DNA of 64,000 nt from Promethearchaeota archaeon (lineage in GTDB: Archaea; Asgardarchaeota; Hermodarchaeia; Hermodarchaeales; Hermodarchaeaceae), in NCBI GenBank assembly GCA_048938385.1, contig JBHLMG010000001.1, forward strand, positions 12,153-76,152, in the 5' to 3' direction. The position numbers and the translations under genes are program-made. Below are positions 1-8,511 of the stretch, piece by piece. Below the pieces are notes generated by a model, which worked only from the letters and a program-made list of their open reading frames with translations, was not told the DNA's origin and did not search any database. Every line of letters begins with the position of its first letter. The stretch's first letter is position 1.

Positions 1-428
1 TTTTGTTCACCATGCCCCCCTAGTTGTTTCAATTTTACTAAAACTGACAAGTACCCATATCGCTCAATTAGCCTGCTGGTTTCCAAGAAGACTTCGTCCC
101 TTTCTGCCCACAAGGTTGTTGGTAGCCATCCGATGAAATTATAGTAAATCACTTCGTCAAACGAGTCTAGCAAACTAATGACTGGACCCTCTGTTCCTGG
201 TTGAAGGCCAATGACGCTTTTGCCAAGTTTCACATGTGGTGTTTGATCCAATAACCCTGCATAATGGTAAGTTCGGGTAACTACTTTGCCATTCTTCAAC
301 TGTTGTTTGACTTGTTGCGTGTACCCGTAGAGTTCCCGAAAAAACCGCGTCTTCCTAGCCTGGCTTTGGCCCTGTTGTCTAAAATCAAATGATACAACAG
401 ATACTCTTCTAAAGTCAGTGAAAGTCAC
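1..428 (-). CDS. hypothetical protein, C-terminus cut by window edge
   Basis: Not in the supplied ORF track. My own translation of the minus strand from GTG (428-426), 7 nt after GGAGG (440-436), stays open for 142 codons to position 3 (VTFTDFRRVSVVSFDF...TRFFRELYGYTQQVKQQLKNGK...). No family recognised. Confidence 0.35.
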   Translation of the reverse strand, partial: MTFTDFRRVSVVSFDFRQQGQSQARKTRFFRELYGYTQQVKQQLKNGKVVTRTYHYAGLLDQTPHVKLGKSVIGLQPGTEGPVISLLDSFDEVIYYNFIGWLPTTLWAERDEVFLETSRLIERYGYLSVLVKLKQLGGHGEQ

Positions 429-568
429 AACTTAACCTCCTGTCTTGAGTAACTTTTCTATAGTGGTAACATTCGCTAAAAAGTAGTCTAGCTAAGGAGT
501 CTGAATGTGCCAACCACATTTAATTCATTAAATTTATTGAAATTATTTATTTTAGCGAACCTGTAAAC

Positions 569-961
569 TTAGGAGGCTCGTTTAAGCTTCTCGTACACTT
601 CGGGAAAGTCTTTTTTCAGCTTAGTTTCTAATGCTTCGGCGATGAACCTTGACTTACCGCCGAACCCACCATATTGCCATTGCCCTGATTTGGTAGCGGT
701 TAAGGCGATGAAGTCGAGGGCGGCCTTTATCCATGCAGGAATGCTCGCGCTGATAGTCTTCCGACCCTCATATTCACTTTCTATTCCCAACCTTTGAAGG
801 CCAGAGTCACCAACGCGCGAAGATAGTTCCTCCAGTTGGATATCAGATGTGTCAAGTGGTTTGGCTTTTCTTCGCGCCTTAGGCTTACTTTCCTTTTCCT
901 GATCCTTATCAGGTTGTTTTTCCTTTTCCATTCGCTTTCGGATTAAATCGGTTGCTGCCAT
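569..961 (-). CDS. small protein with Lys/Glu-rich N-terminal tail and C-terminal ribbon-helix-helix-like segment
   Basis: ORF track, 130 aa. Starts 11 nt after the upstream ATPase gene stop on the same strand. Low-complexity KEKQPDKDQEKESKPKARRKAK tail. KTISASIPAWIKAALDFIA...KSRFIAEALETKL has strand-helix-helix spacing typical of RHH DNA binders. Pattern-level call only. Confidence 0.5.
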   Translation of the reverse strand: MAATDLIRKRMEKEKQPDKDQEKESKPKARRKAKPLDTSDIQLEELSSRVGDSGLQRLGIESEYEGRKTISASIPAWIKAALDFIALTATKSGQWQYGGFGGKSRFIAEALETKLKKDFPEVYEKLKRAS

Positions 962-972
962 TCTTTCTCACC

Positions 973-2277
973 TCAAACAAAAGAGGACCCTTTAGTCCAA
1001 AGTTCGGTTGCTTGAATTCGTCCTGCTTCGGGACTATAAATTAGTCCTTGTTTCTCGAATAAGTCAAAATCTTCTAGAACACTTTCCCATGTCTTGTTTT
1101 GACTTTGAAGCCACGCTTCTATTTCATCAAGAGTACGGGCATCAGTTAAGAAGGAGAGGAGGGCTGTTTGAAAGTTGGTAAACTCTGCCCTAGCCCGTTT
1201 AACTTCCTTCTCTACAAACCGCTGTACATATTCAGAATCAATTTGATACACTGAGAGTACTTTTTCAAAGCTGTATCCTTCGTTGATTAGCACTTCAGCA
1301 CCCCTTATCGCATCTTGAAGACACCGAAGTAATAATTCAAGCATAATCCCGGGGTTTCCCCCCGAAAAATTATAAATTCCCTCAAGAGACTCTGCAGTAA
1401 ATGGATGTAGAAGCTTCTTTGAGAGGTCAGAGTTTAAATTTATTTTTTCCTCGGTTTCGGGATGAAATTTGTCTAGTTCGCCTTTTAGATAAGCAAGCCG
1501 CCACAACATGACCCTCATTGCAGTGTCTTTCTTCATTCGCCGCATGTCATAGATTTCTACAAACCGCCGTCGGATTGCAGATTTTGTCCCATGACCTAGA
1601 GTTTCACCAACAGATGACAATAGCTCTAGCGTTTTTATTGCACTCTCACCTACACGAGTAATCACTGCAAGAGTTAGTACAATATACCGCCTACCATCAC
1701 GGGTCTTGTCGTTTACCATTCTTAGGAGTGTGTCTACGATCCTCACTCGGTTATCAGGTCGTTGTCTTTCTAATTGCCTAAATTCATCTATCAGAAGAAC
1801 GAAAGAAGTGCCGTTCTCTTCAGCGTCAGTGCGTAACGCTAACAACAGTCTTGATAACCGTTTTGCGATAGAACCGCTTCTAACTACTCGTACTCCAACT
1901 CTATCAAATAGGAACTCACCAACATTCTGCTCCCCTATACTGGCATGAACGAGATCATCAACAAGCGCATCAGCAGAACTAATTCCCTCTATGTGAATTG
2001 CGCGAATATTGGGTAACCTATTCAATGATTGTTGGATCATTTCAAGAAATGTTGTTTTTCCAGCACCCAGCGGACCAGATACGACTACGCTCGCTGTTTG
2101 ATTACGGAGATAATTTATCGCGCGTTTAATTGCCAAAGCCTCTTCATTAGGTACAACATACAGATCAGCTGAATCAATACCAAACAATTCGATTCGTTCG
2201 TTTCTAAATCCCCATTTCGAAAGCATCTCTTTATCGAATTTTTGGGTACGCTCAACTAATCGATCTAACTCGCTCAA
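973..2277 (-). CDS. P-loop AAA+-type ATPase (Orc1/Cdc6- or ExeA/TniB-like), family unassigned
   Basis: ORF track, 434 aa. Walker A VVVSGPLGAGKTTFL and Walker B FVLLIDEF. FSGGNPGIMLELL resembles the sensor-2 region of AAA_22/Orc-type ATPases. The helical C-terminal ~90 aa may be a winged helix. Confidence 0.7.
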   Translation of the reverse strand: MSELDRLVERTQKFDKEMLSKWGFRNERIELFGIDSADLYVVPNEEALAIKRAINYLRNQTASVVVSGPLGAGKTTFLEMIQQSLNRLPNIRAIHIEGISSADALVDDLVHASIGEQNVGEFLFDRVGVRVVRSGSIAKRLSRLLLALRTDAEENGTSFVLLIDEFRQLERQRPDNRVRIVDTLLRMVNDKTRDGRRYIVLTLAVITRVGESAIKTLELLSSVGETLGHGTKSAIRRRFVEIYDMRRMKKDTAMRVMLWRLAYLKGELDKFHPETEEKINLNSDLSKKLLHPFTAESLEGIYNFSGGNPGIMLELLLRCLQDAIRGAEVLINEGYSFEKVLSVYQIDSEYVQRFVEKEVKRARAEFTNFQTALLSFLTDARTLDEIEAWLQSQNKTWESVLEDFDLFEKQGLIYSPEAGRIQATELWTKGSSFV

Positions 2278-2371
2278 AGTCTGAACACCCTTTGCTCTTC
2301 ACATAGAACAGGTTCTTATTATAAACATTATTGATAGTAATAAATACAAAAAATTGAATAATTATAATGTT

Positions 2372-2389
2372 TTCAATAATATTATTGAA
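2372..2389. promoter_or_regulatory. perfect 18-nt palindrome TTCAATAATATTATTGAA in the promoter region of the ATPase gene
   Basis: Read directly. Related half-sites are ATTATTGAT (2327-2335) and TTGAATAAT (2354-2362). It lies between the stop of the HTH-CBS gene (2394) and the ATPase start (2277). Could be an operator or a weak AT hairpin. Confidence 0.3.
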
Positions 2390-2393
2390 TATG

Positions 2394-2987
2394 TCAAATT
2401 CGCGTATAAGCGATTATATCAATCTTCGTAATAATACCCGCTGGTCGGTCGTTATCAATGGCTAATATCGCTTCAACTCCAGAGGCGATTTTCAGCAAGG
2501 CCGCTTCGACGCTTTCTGACACATCAATTGTCGGAAAAGGATCTTCCATAATTTCTTTAACAGACAATGAAAAGACTGCTTGAGAGTCCATTATCATTAA
2601 TTTACGGAGAATGGTGCCTTCACTGATACTACCTACGGGATAATTTTTTTCAAATACCGGAAGTTGTGAAATGCCATAACGGCGCATAAGTATGACCGCA
2701 TGACGAACCTTTTCATGCGTCTTAACTGCTACCACGGGTTGAAGCTTGGTCGTATGACCTTTCCATTTCAGTAAGTCCTTGATACTTGGATGTGATTGTT
2801 GCTGTTTTTCGATTATGCTAAGTATTCGTTTTAATGTGGTTATACTGGGGTTAACTTGCCCTTTTTCAATTCGTGCTACCAGAGATTGACTAATACCTAC
2901 TTTTGAGGCGAGTTCGACTTGGGTAAGCCCTGCTTTTTTTCTGAGCTCTTGAAGTTCTTTAGGCGTAGGAACGCGGAATTCAGTCAT
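2394..2987 (-). CDS. transcriptional regulator, XRE-type HTH fused to a CBS domain pair
   Basis: ORF track, 197 aa. LRKKAGLTQVELASKVGISQSLVARIEKGQ is a Cro/XRE helix-turn-helix. The remainder has two CBS-like repeats (YGISQLPVFEKN...GSISEGTIL; AILAIDNDRPAGIITKIDII). Confidence 0.85.
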   Translation of the reverse strand: MTEFRVPTPKELQELRKKAGLTQVELASKVGISQSLVARIEKGQVNPSITTLKRILSIIEKQQQSHPSIKDLLKWKGHTTKLQPVVAVKTHEKVRHAVILMRRYGISQLPVFEKNYPVGSISEGTILRKLMIMDSQAVFSLSVKEIMEDPFPTIDVSESVEAALLKIASGVEAILAIDNDRPAGIITKIDIIAYTRI

Positions 2988-3069
2988 TCAGGATCACATT
3001 GAATGTGATTTCATTATTGATGATAACTCCAAAAGGATTAAGGCTTTGCTTTGGTCGGTGAAAGGAGAG

Positions 3070-5400
3070 ATGGCACTGGTGGCAGATCTTCAACAAGCCG
3101 AAATCCGAATTGTCGGCGTCGTACAAGGTATAGGATTCCGCCCCTTCATTTATGCCCAAGCCATAGACCACGAATTAGTGGGTTATGTACTCAACACCGG
3201 AAATTCGGCAGTGCTAGTCGTTGTTGAAGGAAAGAAGAATAATATTATTGATTTCATTGAATCTATTGAAAAAAATAAGCCTCATTTGTCTATGATTGAC
3301 AGCATCCAAACAATTTGGCGTAAACCTTCAGAGCAATTCACGGACTTTCAAATCCATATTTCAAAAAATGAACGAAAAGCGGGCGGTTCAATCATACCTC
3401 CAGATGTCGCGGTGTGTGAGGATTGTATTGAGGACATCAACAGCCCACAGTCCAGGCACTATCAATACCCCATGACCTGTTGTGCAATATGTGGCCCTCG
3501 TTACACGACTATTATAGATACACCATATGATCGGGAGCGAACCACCATGGATTCCTTCCCCTTGTGCTCTGACTGTGACGCGGAGTTTAATAATCCACTA
3601 AACCGTCGCTTTAACGCCCAAACAATTTGTTGCCCCAATTGTGGTCCGAAATTTCAGTTACTAGATTCAACTGGAGAAGTCGTTAAAGCCGAGGATGTCT
3701 TCAACGAAGTTACCAGCCTTTTGAATGAAGGTGCCATTGTCGCAGTAAAAGGGCTCGGTGGAATTCATTTAGCTGTTAGAGCAAGTCTCGAAGAACAAGT
3801 ACAAAGACTTCGCTCTCTCAGAAACAAACCATACAAGCCCTTAGCCATTATGGCACCGGATCTCGATGCGGTGCGTCAGTTTGCAACGATTTCACCCTTA
3901 GCTGAAACCTTGTTGATATCCTGGAGGCGTCCAATCGTTGTCTTAAATAAGAGAGATCCTTTTCCTTTGGCTCACTCTTTAGCCCCAGGATTGGACACAA
4001 TTGGTGTGATGCTGCCTTATTCTGGAATTTATTTACGACTTTTCGAAGATCTTCATGATTCTGCATTAGTAATGACCAGCGCCAATCCTTCTCGGTTGCC
4101 TACAATTATCCAAGCTACTACATTTCAAGAACATTTCATGAAGCTAGCTGATTACTTCCTTACCCACAATCGTACAATTCACCAACGCTGTGATGACTCT
4201 GTCATAATCCCTTTTTCCAGTCATGGTCTCATTATCAGACGATCAAGGGGTTATTCACCAGAACCAATTGATACGGCTAACAATGGTCCTCCGATTCTCG
4301 CACTTGGTGCCTTAGAAAAAAATACTGGCGCAGTTTACCATAAAACACGGATCTACCTTACTCAACACATCGGAGATATTGATACTCTTGAAACTCTCCG
4401 ATTTCTCCAAGAAAGCTTAACTCACCTGCAAACATTGCTTCGTGTAAACGCTTTCGATGCCATAGCCTGCGATTTACACCCGGATTTCCTCACAACTCAA
4501 TACGCGGCGGAGCTTTCTGATCAACACGATATTCCTCTAATTCGAGTTCAACACCATCATGCCCATCTAGCGGCTTTGCTTGCTGATCATAGACTACCTA
4601 TTGATGAGGAAATCGTGGCTATATGCAGCGATGGTGCAGGATTCGGTCAAGATAACACTACATGGGGTGGTGAGATATTAGTAGGGAACGCGAACACTTA
4701 CACTAGAGCGGGCTATCTTCAACCTCAGCCTATGCCGGGTGGTGATCTCGCTGCAAAATACCCCCTCCGGATGCTTATAGGTATCCTCTCAGCCAAATAT
4801 TCTACATCAGAACTCAACGAATTATTTACGGATATTGCTCCTGATGCCCTTCCTCAAGGTATCACTGAACTAAACACCGTATTAGCGCAGGTGGCTCAGA
4901 AGATCAACACCCCGCTTACATCAAGTACGGGAAGAATTCTTGATTCAATAGCTGCAATGCTCCAACTATCTTATCATAGGACATATGAAGGTGAACCGGC
5001 AATTCGATTAGAATCCTATGCAAACAAAGGTAAGTCCCTAACGCAATTGGACTTACAGATTCCAATTATTAAGAAAGGGAGTGTTCAGATTCTAGATACG
5101 AGTCAATTTATTAACCAAATTTTTGAAAACCGTTTCAAGTATTCTGGTCCCGATTTAGCATATGAGAGCCATCGAATTCTGGGTAGAGCACTTGGTGATG
5201 TGGCTATTGATGTCGCTGATGTTCATGGGCTGCGCGCTATAGGTTTTTCGGGTGGTGTTGCTTACAATAAGATTCTAACCAATACAATCAAAGAAGCCAT
5301 CGAAGAGGAAGGGCTTGTATTTCTTAATCATCGACATGTGCCGCCTGGAGACGCAGGAACCGCTGTGGGCCAAGCTTATGTAGCCAGGGCCAGTCTTTGA
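3070..5400 (+). CDS. hypF: [NiFe]-hydrogenase maturation carbamoyltransferase HypF
   Basis: ORF track, 784 aa from TTG 3046. I prefer ATG 3070 directly after AGGAGAG. Acylphosphatase-like IVGVVQGIGFRPFIY. Two zinc-finger pairs (CEDCIEDI...CCAICGPRYT; CSDCDAEF...CCPNCGPKFQ). YrdC-like AVKGLGGIHLA and a C-terminal Kae1-like domain. Confidence 0.92.
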   Translation: MALVADLQQAEIRIVGVVQGIGFRPFIYAQAIDHELVGYVLNTGNSAVLVVVEGKKNNIIDFIESIEKNKPHLSMIDSIQTIWRKPSEQFTDFQIHISKNERKAGGSIIPPDVAVCEDCIEDINSPQSRHYQYPMTCCAICGPRYTTIIDTPYDRERTTMDSFPLCSDCDAEFNNPLNRRFNAQTICCPNCGPKFQLLDSTGEVVKAEDVFNEVTSLLNEGAIVAVKGLGGIHLAVRASLEEQVQRLRSLRNKPYKPLAIMAPDLDAVRQFATISPLAETLLISWRRPIVVLNKRDPFPLAHSLAPGLDTIGVMLPYSGIYLRLFEDLHDSALVMTSANPSRLPTIIQATTFQEHFMKLADYFLTHNRTIHQRCDDSVIIPFSSHGLIIRRSRGYSPEPIDTANNGPPILALGALEKNTGAVYHKTRIYLTQHIGDIDTLETLRFLQESLTHLQTLLRVNAFDAIACDLHPDFLTTQYAAELSDQHDIPLIRVQHHHAHLAALLADHRLPIDEEIVAICSDGAGFGQDNTTWGGEILVGNANTYTRAGYLQPQPMPGGDLAAKYPLRMLIGILSAKYSTSELNELFTDIAPDALPQGITELNTVLAQVAQKINTPLTSSTGRILDSIAAMLQLSYHRTYEGEPAIRLESYANKGKSLTQLDLQIPIIKKGSVQILDTSQFINQIFENRFKYSGPDLAYESHRILGRALGDVAIDVADVHGLRAIGFSGGVAYNKILTNTIKEAIEEEGLVFLNHRHVPPGDAGTAVGQAYVARASL

Positions 5401-5470
5401 TGCTAATGAGTTGTAGAGCATACTTTCATTGAATTTTCAATAGTTTCAATAATTTCATTGAAAATAAAAT

Positions 5471-5484
5471 CTCCAGTGGAAAAC
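5471..5484 (+). promoter_or_regulatory. mini-ORB-like box CTCCAGTGGAAAAC
   Basis: Shares the TCCAGTGGAAA dyad core with the three full boxes downstream but has no G-string. Confidence 0.45.
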
Positions 5485-5538
5485 AGCCACAACTAATATA
5501 AAGAACCGCTCTTCATCTAGACAAAGAGTTGTGGTATT

Positions 5539-5832
5539 ATGGCTACCACCCGATCAACCCAACAAACGCCTCAGAGTGTTCAAAAGCCCAAAGCACGGGC
5601 GAGTGCCCAAAGAGCCCAGGTGGCCGAAACCTTAGATACTAAGCGTTCAATCATAGAACTGCTAAAGGAAAAAGGAACTTTAACCCGAAGTGAGATTACC
5701 TTACTTACAGGGATCCCACGAACCACAGTCTATGATACGCTGATGAATCTATTGATTTCTGGGGCCATTGAGAAGTATGTTGAACGTAACGGCCGGCGTG
5801 GTCGCCCCTCTGTGTTTTACTCACTGGTTTAG
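5539..5832 (+). CDS. small winged-helix DNA-binding protein (TrmB/MarR-like wHTH)
   Basis: ORF track, 97 aa. LTRSEITLLTGIPRTTVYDTLMNLLISGAIEKYVERNGRRGRPSVFYSL matches the helix-turn-helix plus wing pattern. Sits between the mini-ORB and the first full ORB. Confidence 0.6.
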   Translation: MATTRSTQQTPQSVQKPKARASAQRAQVAETLDTKRSIIELLKEKGTLTRSEITLLTGIPRTTVYDTLMNLLISGAIEKYVERNGRRGRPSVFYSLV

Positions 5833-5842
5833 ATCATAGGAG

Positions 5843-5863
5843 CCCCTTTATTTCCACTGGAAC
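5843..5863 (-). promoter_or_regulatory. origin recognition box (ORB), inverted orientation
   Basis: Reverse complement reads GTTCCAGTGGAAATAAAGGGG: dyad TCCAGTGGA plus G-string. Confidence 0.75.
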
Positions 5864-6045
5864 TTCATTTTTCTTAAAATAAAAGCAATAACTTCCTAGT
5901 CAAAGAAATGCGCATTTACTACTTACAAGAATGCCTTTTTTCCAGTTTAAAGATGGTAAACTATTAATACAAAAAGCTGGTAGAACTACTGGGGTATCTT
6001 CTTCGAATATAGTAAAAAGATACACGAACTTTCTTTTTTCTTCGA

Positions 6046-6066
6046 TTTCCAGTGGAAATGAAGGGG
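6046..6066 (+). promoter_or_regulatory. origin recognition box (ORB)
   Basis: TTTCCAGTGGAAATGAAGGGG. Differs at 2 of 21 positions from the inverted copy at 5843-5863. Confidence 0.75.
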
Positions 6067-6222
6067 AGTGCCAAAATCCAAGATAGTGTCAATTCAATTG
6101 CATAATTGCTCTACTTCTTCTGGCTTGATAAAAAATTATAACTATAGTGCATAATTAATCGGATCAAACTCATTGCAAGAAAAAGCCTATAAGAATTTTA
6201 GCTATCAGAAGAACTAAACGAG

Positions 6223-6678
6223 TTAGGCTTTGGTGGCCAGGATGGTTGCGATCTCTTCTTCAAGGTTTTCAATGTTTACGCGGTATTCACGCTGTGCAGC
6301 TGAACCGCGCCGAGAAAGAACTTCTTGTGTGTGAAGGCGGCGTAGGTATTCTGATGCAGTGGTTAATGATATTGGTGGGTGGAAAGTCCTGTCGTAGAGT
6401 TCTTGAAGATCCTTTGAATTAAACCATCCGTGACGGCAATGGCGGAGGACGATGTATCGGACTTTTTGGTATTTTGACCAGGACTCAATGTCAGTGAGAT
6501 TAGGTGATTCTTCTTGAGGGCTTGGAGGTTGGTGTTTAGCAGGGGATCCTGTTAAAGCTGTAGTGATGGCTTCAATGAAGGTGTTAGGAAGCCCCTCATC
6601 GAAGGTTATTGTGACATTGCAAGGCTTTCCTTCAATAGAAAGACCCTCGATGGAAATCTTTTGTTTCTGTTTCTTCAT
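6223..6678 (-). CDS. hypothetical protein with C-terminal winged-helix-like region
   Basis: ORF track, 151 aa. ISLTTASEYLRRLHTQEVLSRRGSAAQREYRV resembles a recognition helix plus wing. Located between the second and third ORB. Confidence 0.5.
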   Translation of the reverse strand: MKKQKQKISIEGLSIEGKPCNVTITFDEGLPNTFIEAITTALTGSPAKHQPPSPQEESPNLTDIESWSKYQKVRYIVLRHCRHGWFNSKDLQELYDRTFHPPISLTTASEYLRRLHTQEVLSRRGSAAQREYRVNIENLEEEIATILATKA

Positions 6679-6983
6679 GTGTTCTGACCACCCATGGTCT
6701 GGTCCCTGCTCTCCGCGTCTCTTCTAGTGTGGCTTGTTCACAAAGATAAAAGTGTGACGGTGTGAATAGGCATAGGCGTCAAGGCCCCTTTTACCTGAAA
6801 ACCGCTTGTATCTTGCGAATTCAACACTATTGATATTTTTAGACAATTCGTTTTGAACGCATATTTTATAGCGTTCTTTAACCTTATTTTTCCATTTAAA
6901 GCATTATTTCCAATTATTTACGGTTTTAAGGCGTTGTTCACTGAATATATGTATATCAGGGTCCTATGACCCTTAAGAACCAA

Positions 6984-7004
6984 GTTGCAGTGGAAATAAA
7001 GGGG
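6984..7004 (+). promoter_or_regulatory. origin recognition box (ORB)
   Basis: GTTGCAGTGGAAATAAAGGGG. One mismatch to the reverse complement of 5843-5863. Lies about 250 bp upstream of the orc1/cdc6 start. Confidence 0.7.
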
Positions 7005-7255
7005 TCAATACTTGTTCACAATATAATTAGAACTATTGATGATATATTTTTAAAAATTAAGGTATTTGGGACCTTTTTCATGAATACTTATTCACATTAT
7101 TGGCGCCAATTGTGAACGAATGAACACAATTTTTTAGGCGATTTTCGAGCTTCTCATGAATTCTACGAAACTCTAATATGTGTGAGGTGACAACCTCCAT
7201 GCGAAATTCTAGTGTTTCGTTTCCAGTACTGCTGCTGATTTGGAGGAAAAAACAC

Positions 7256-8491
7256 ATGGACGACCCTCGCCCACTCGACAGAATTTTTGAAAGACTCAGC
7301 ACTGGCCCTGATTTGATTCGCGACCGAAAGGTACTCTGGCACTCCTATGTACCTGATGAGCTACCGCATCGTGAAGAGCAAATCACTCAAATTGGAAGTA
7401 TATTAGCAACCGGGTTGAGAGGTAGCCGTCCTTCAAATGTGTTTGTATACGGAAAACCAGGAACAGGCAAGACTGCTGTGACTCGGTATGTGCTTCGTGA
7501 ATTGACAGCGAAGTTTGGAGAAATGCAGTTACCATTTAAGGCAGTATATTTGAATTGTCGAAATGTGGACACAGATTATCGTGTGCTTGCAAGAATCTGT
7601 GCAGAACTAGGCCAAAAAGTTCCATTTACAGGGTTGCCAACTGATGAAGTGCATTCACGCCTGGTGGAATTACTGGAAACTCAAGATTTGTTGACAATTA
7701 TCGTCTTAGACGAAATAGATCGATTAGTGCTAAAAAGCGGCGATGATACCCTTTACAAACTGACGCGAATCAACTACGAATTGACTAATGGGCGCGTCAG
7801 CTTGATTGGCATTTCGAACGACCTACGGTTTCCGGAGTATTTGGATCCACGCGTATTGAGTAGCCTTAGTGAAGAGAAGGTAATTTTTCATCCATATACT
7901 GCCCTGCAGTTGCAGGATATTCTTCGCCGACGAAGTTCACATGGGCTTAAAGATGGGATATTAGAAGAACCAGGAGTGATCAATCTCTGTGCAGCATTGG
8001 CTGCAAGAGAGGAAGGTGACGCTCGCCGGGCTCTCGACCTTCTTCGGGTAGCAGTTGAAGTTGCTGAACGCGAAGGAAGTGAAGAGATTAAAGTAGAACA
8101 TGTTGAGAAGGCACGGTTAAGTATTGAACGGGACACAGTTTTAGAAGTATTGCGTACTCTTCCGCTCCAGCAAAAACTCGTATTGTATGCTGTATACTCA
8201 TTGGAGCAACATAAGCATCCCCATCCTGTTACTGGCGAAGTTCAAGATGTTTATGGCGACTTCTGTGAACAACTCGGTATGGATCCTCTCACTCAACGGC
8301 GTGTTAGTGATCTAATAAACGATCTTGATGCTATCGGGTTGGTCAACGCTAAGGTCGTGAGTAAGGGGCGTTATGGAAGAACAAAGATAATCCGATTAAG
8401 CGTTCCTAAGAAAATGGTCGCTGAAGTGCTCGAACGCGAACGGCGAATTAAGAGTCTATCCAGTTATGTTCCGAAACAACCAGGCAAATAA
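7256..8491 (+). CDS. orc1: Orc1/Cdc6 replication initiator (copy 1)
   Basis: YVPDELPHREEQI, Walker A VFVYGKPGTGKTAV, Walker B IIVLDEID, sensor GDARRALDLL, C-terminal winged helix (VSKGRYGRTKII). ATG 7256 is 9 nt after GGAGG. The track start 7178 adds an implausible 26-aa leader. Confidence 0.92.
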   Translation: MDDPRPLDRIFERLSTGPDLIRDRKVLWHSYVPDELPHREEQITQIGSILATGLRGSRPSNVFVYGKPGTGKTAVTRYVLRELTAKFGEMQLPFKAVYLNCRNVDTDYRVLARICAELGQKVPFTGLPTDEVHSRLVELLETQDLLTIIVLDEIDRLVLKSGDDTLYKLTRINYELTNGRVSLIGISNDLRFPEYLDPRVLSSLSEEKVIFHPYTALQLQDILRRRSSHGLKDGILEEPGVINLCAALAAREEGDARRALDLLRVAVEVAEREGSEEIKVEHVEKARLSIERDTVLEVLRTLPLQQKLVLYAVYSLEQHKHPHPVTGEVQDVYGDFCEQLGMDPLTQRRVSDLINDLDAIGLVNAKVVSKGRYGRTKIIRLSVPKKMVAEVLERERRIKSLSSYVPKQPGK

Positions 8492-8511
8492 TATCGTATG
8501 AGGGTTAATCG

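Larger units (their letters stand above)
5843..6066. other. candidate replication origin core: inverted ORB pair flanking an AT-rich unwinding region
   Basis: ORBs at 5843-5863 (-) and 6046-6066 (+) face each other across 181 bp that I hand-count at about 70% A+T. orc1/cdc6 lies about 1.2 kb downstream, and there are no long ORFs inside. Confidence 0.7.

Noticed and set aside
1-428. Cas2/VapD-like identity for the unlisted edge ORF (VSVVSFDF...FFRELYGY...YHYAGLL).
   Set aside because: This was only a loose strand-helix-strand resemblance. There is no CRISPR array or other cas gene in the window, and no catalytic motif I can point to.
3046-3069. TTG 3046 as the HypF start, and similarly 7178 for Orc1, 48676 for TgtA, 31121 for eS25, 30811 for the cyclophilin-like gene and 19023 for ArsR.
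   Set aside because: The longest-ORF starts add non-conserved leaders or overlap upstream genes. Internal ATG or GTG codons with a GGAG-type motif upstream coincide with the conserved N-termini of the families.
7219-7228. Half ORB-like GTTTCCAGTA just upstream of the orc1 start.
   Set aside because: Only half of the dyad is present and there is no G-string. It may be an autoregulatory mini-site, but the match is too short to call.
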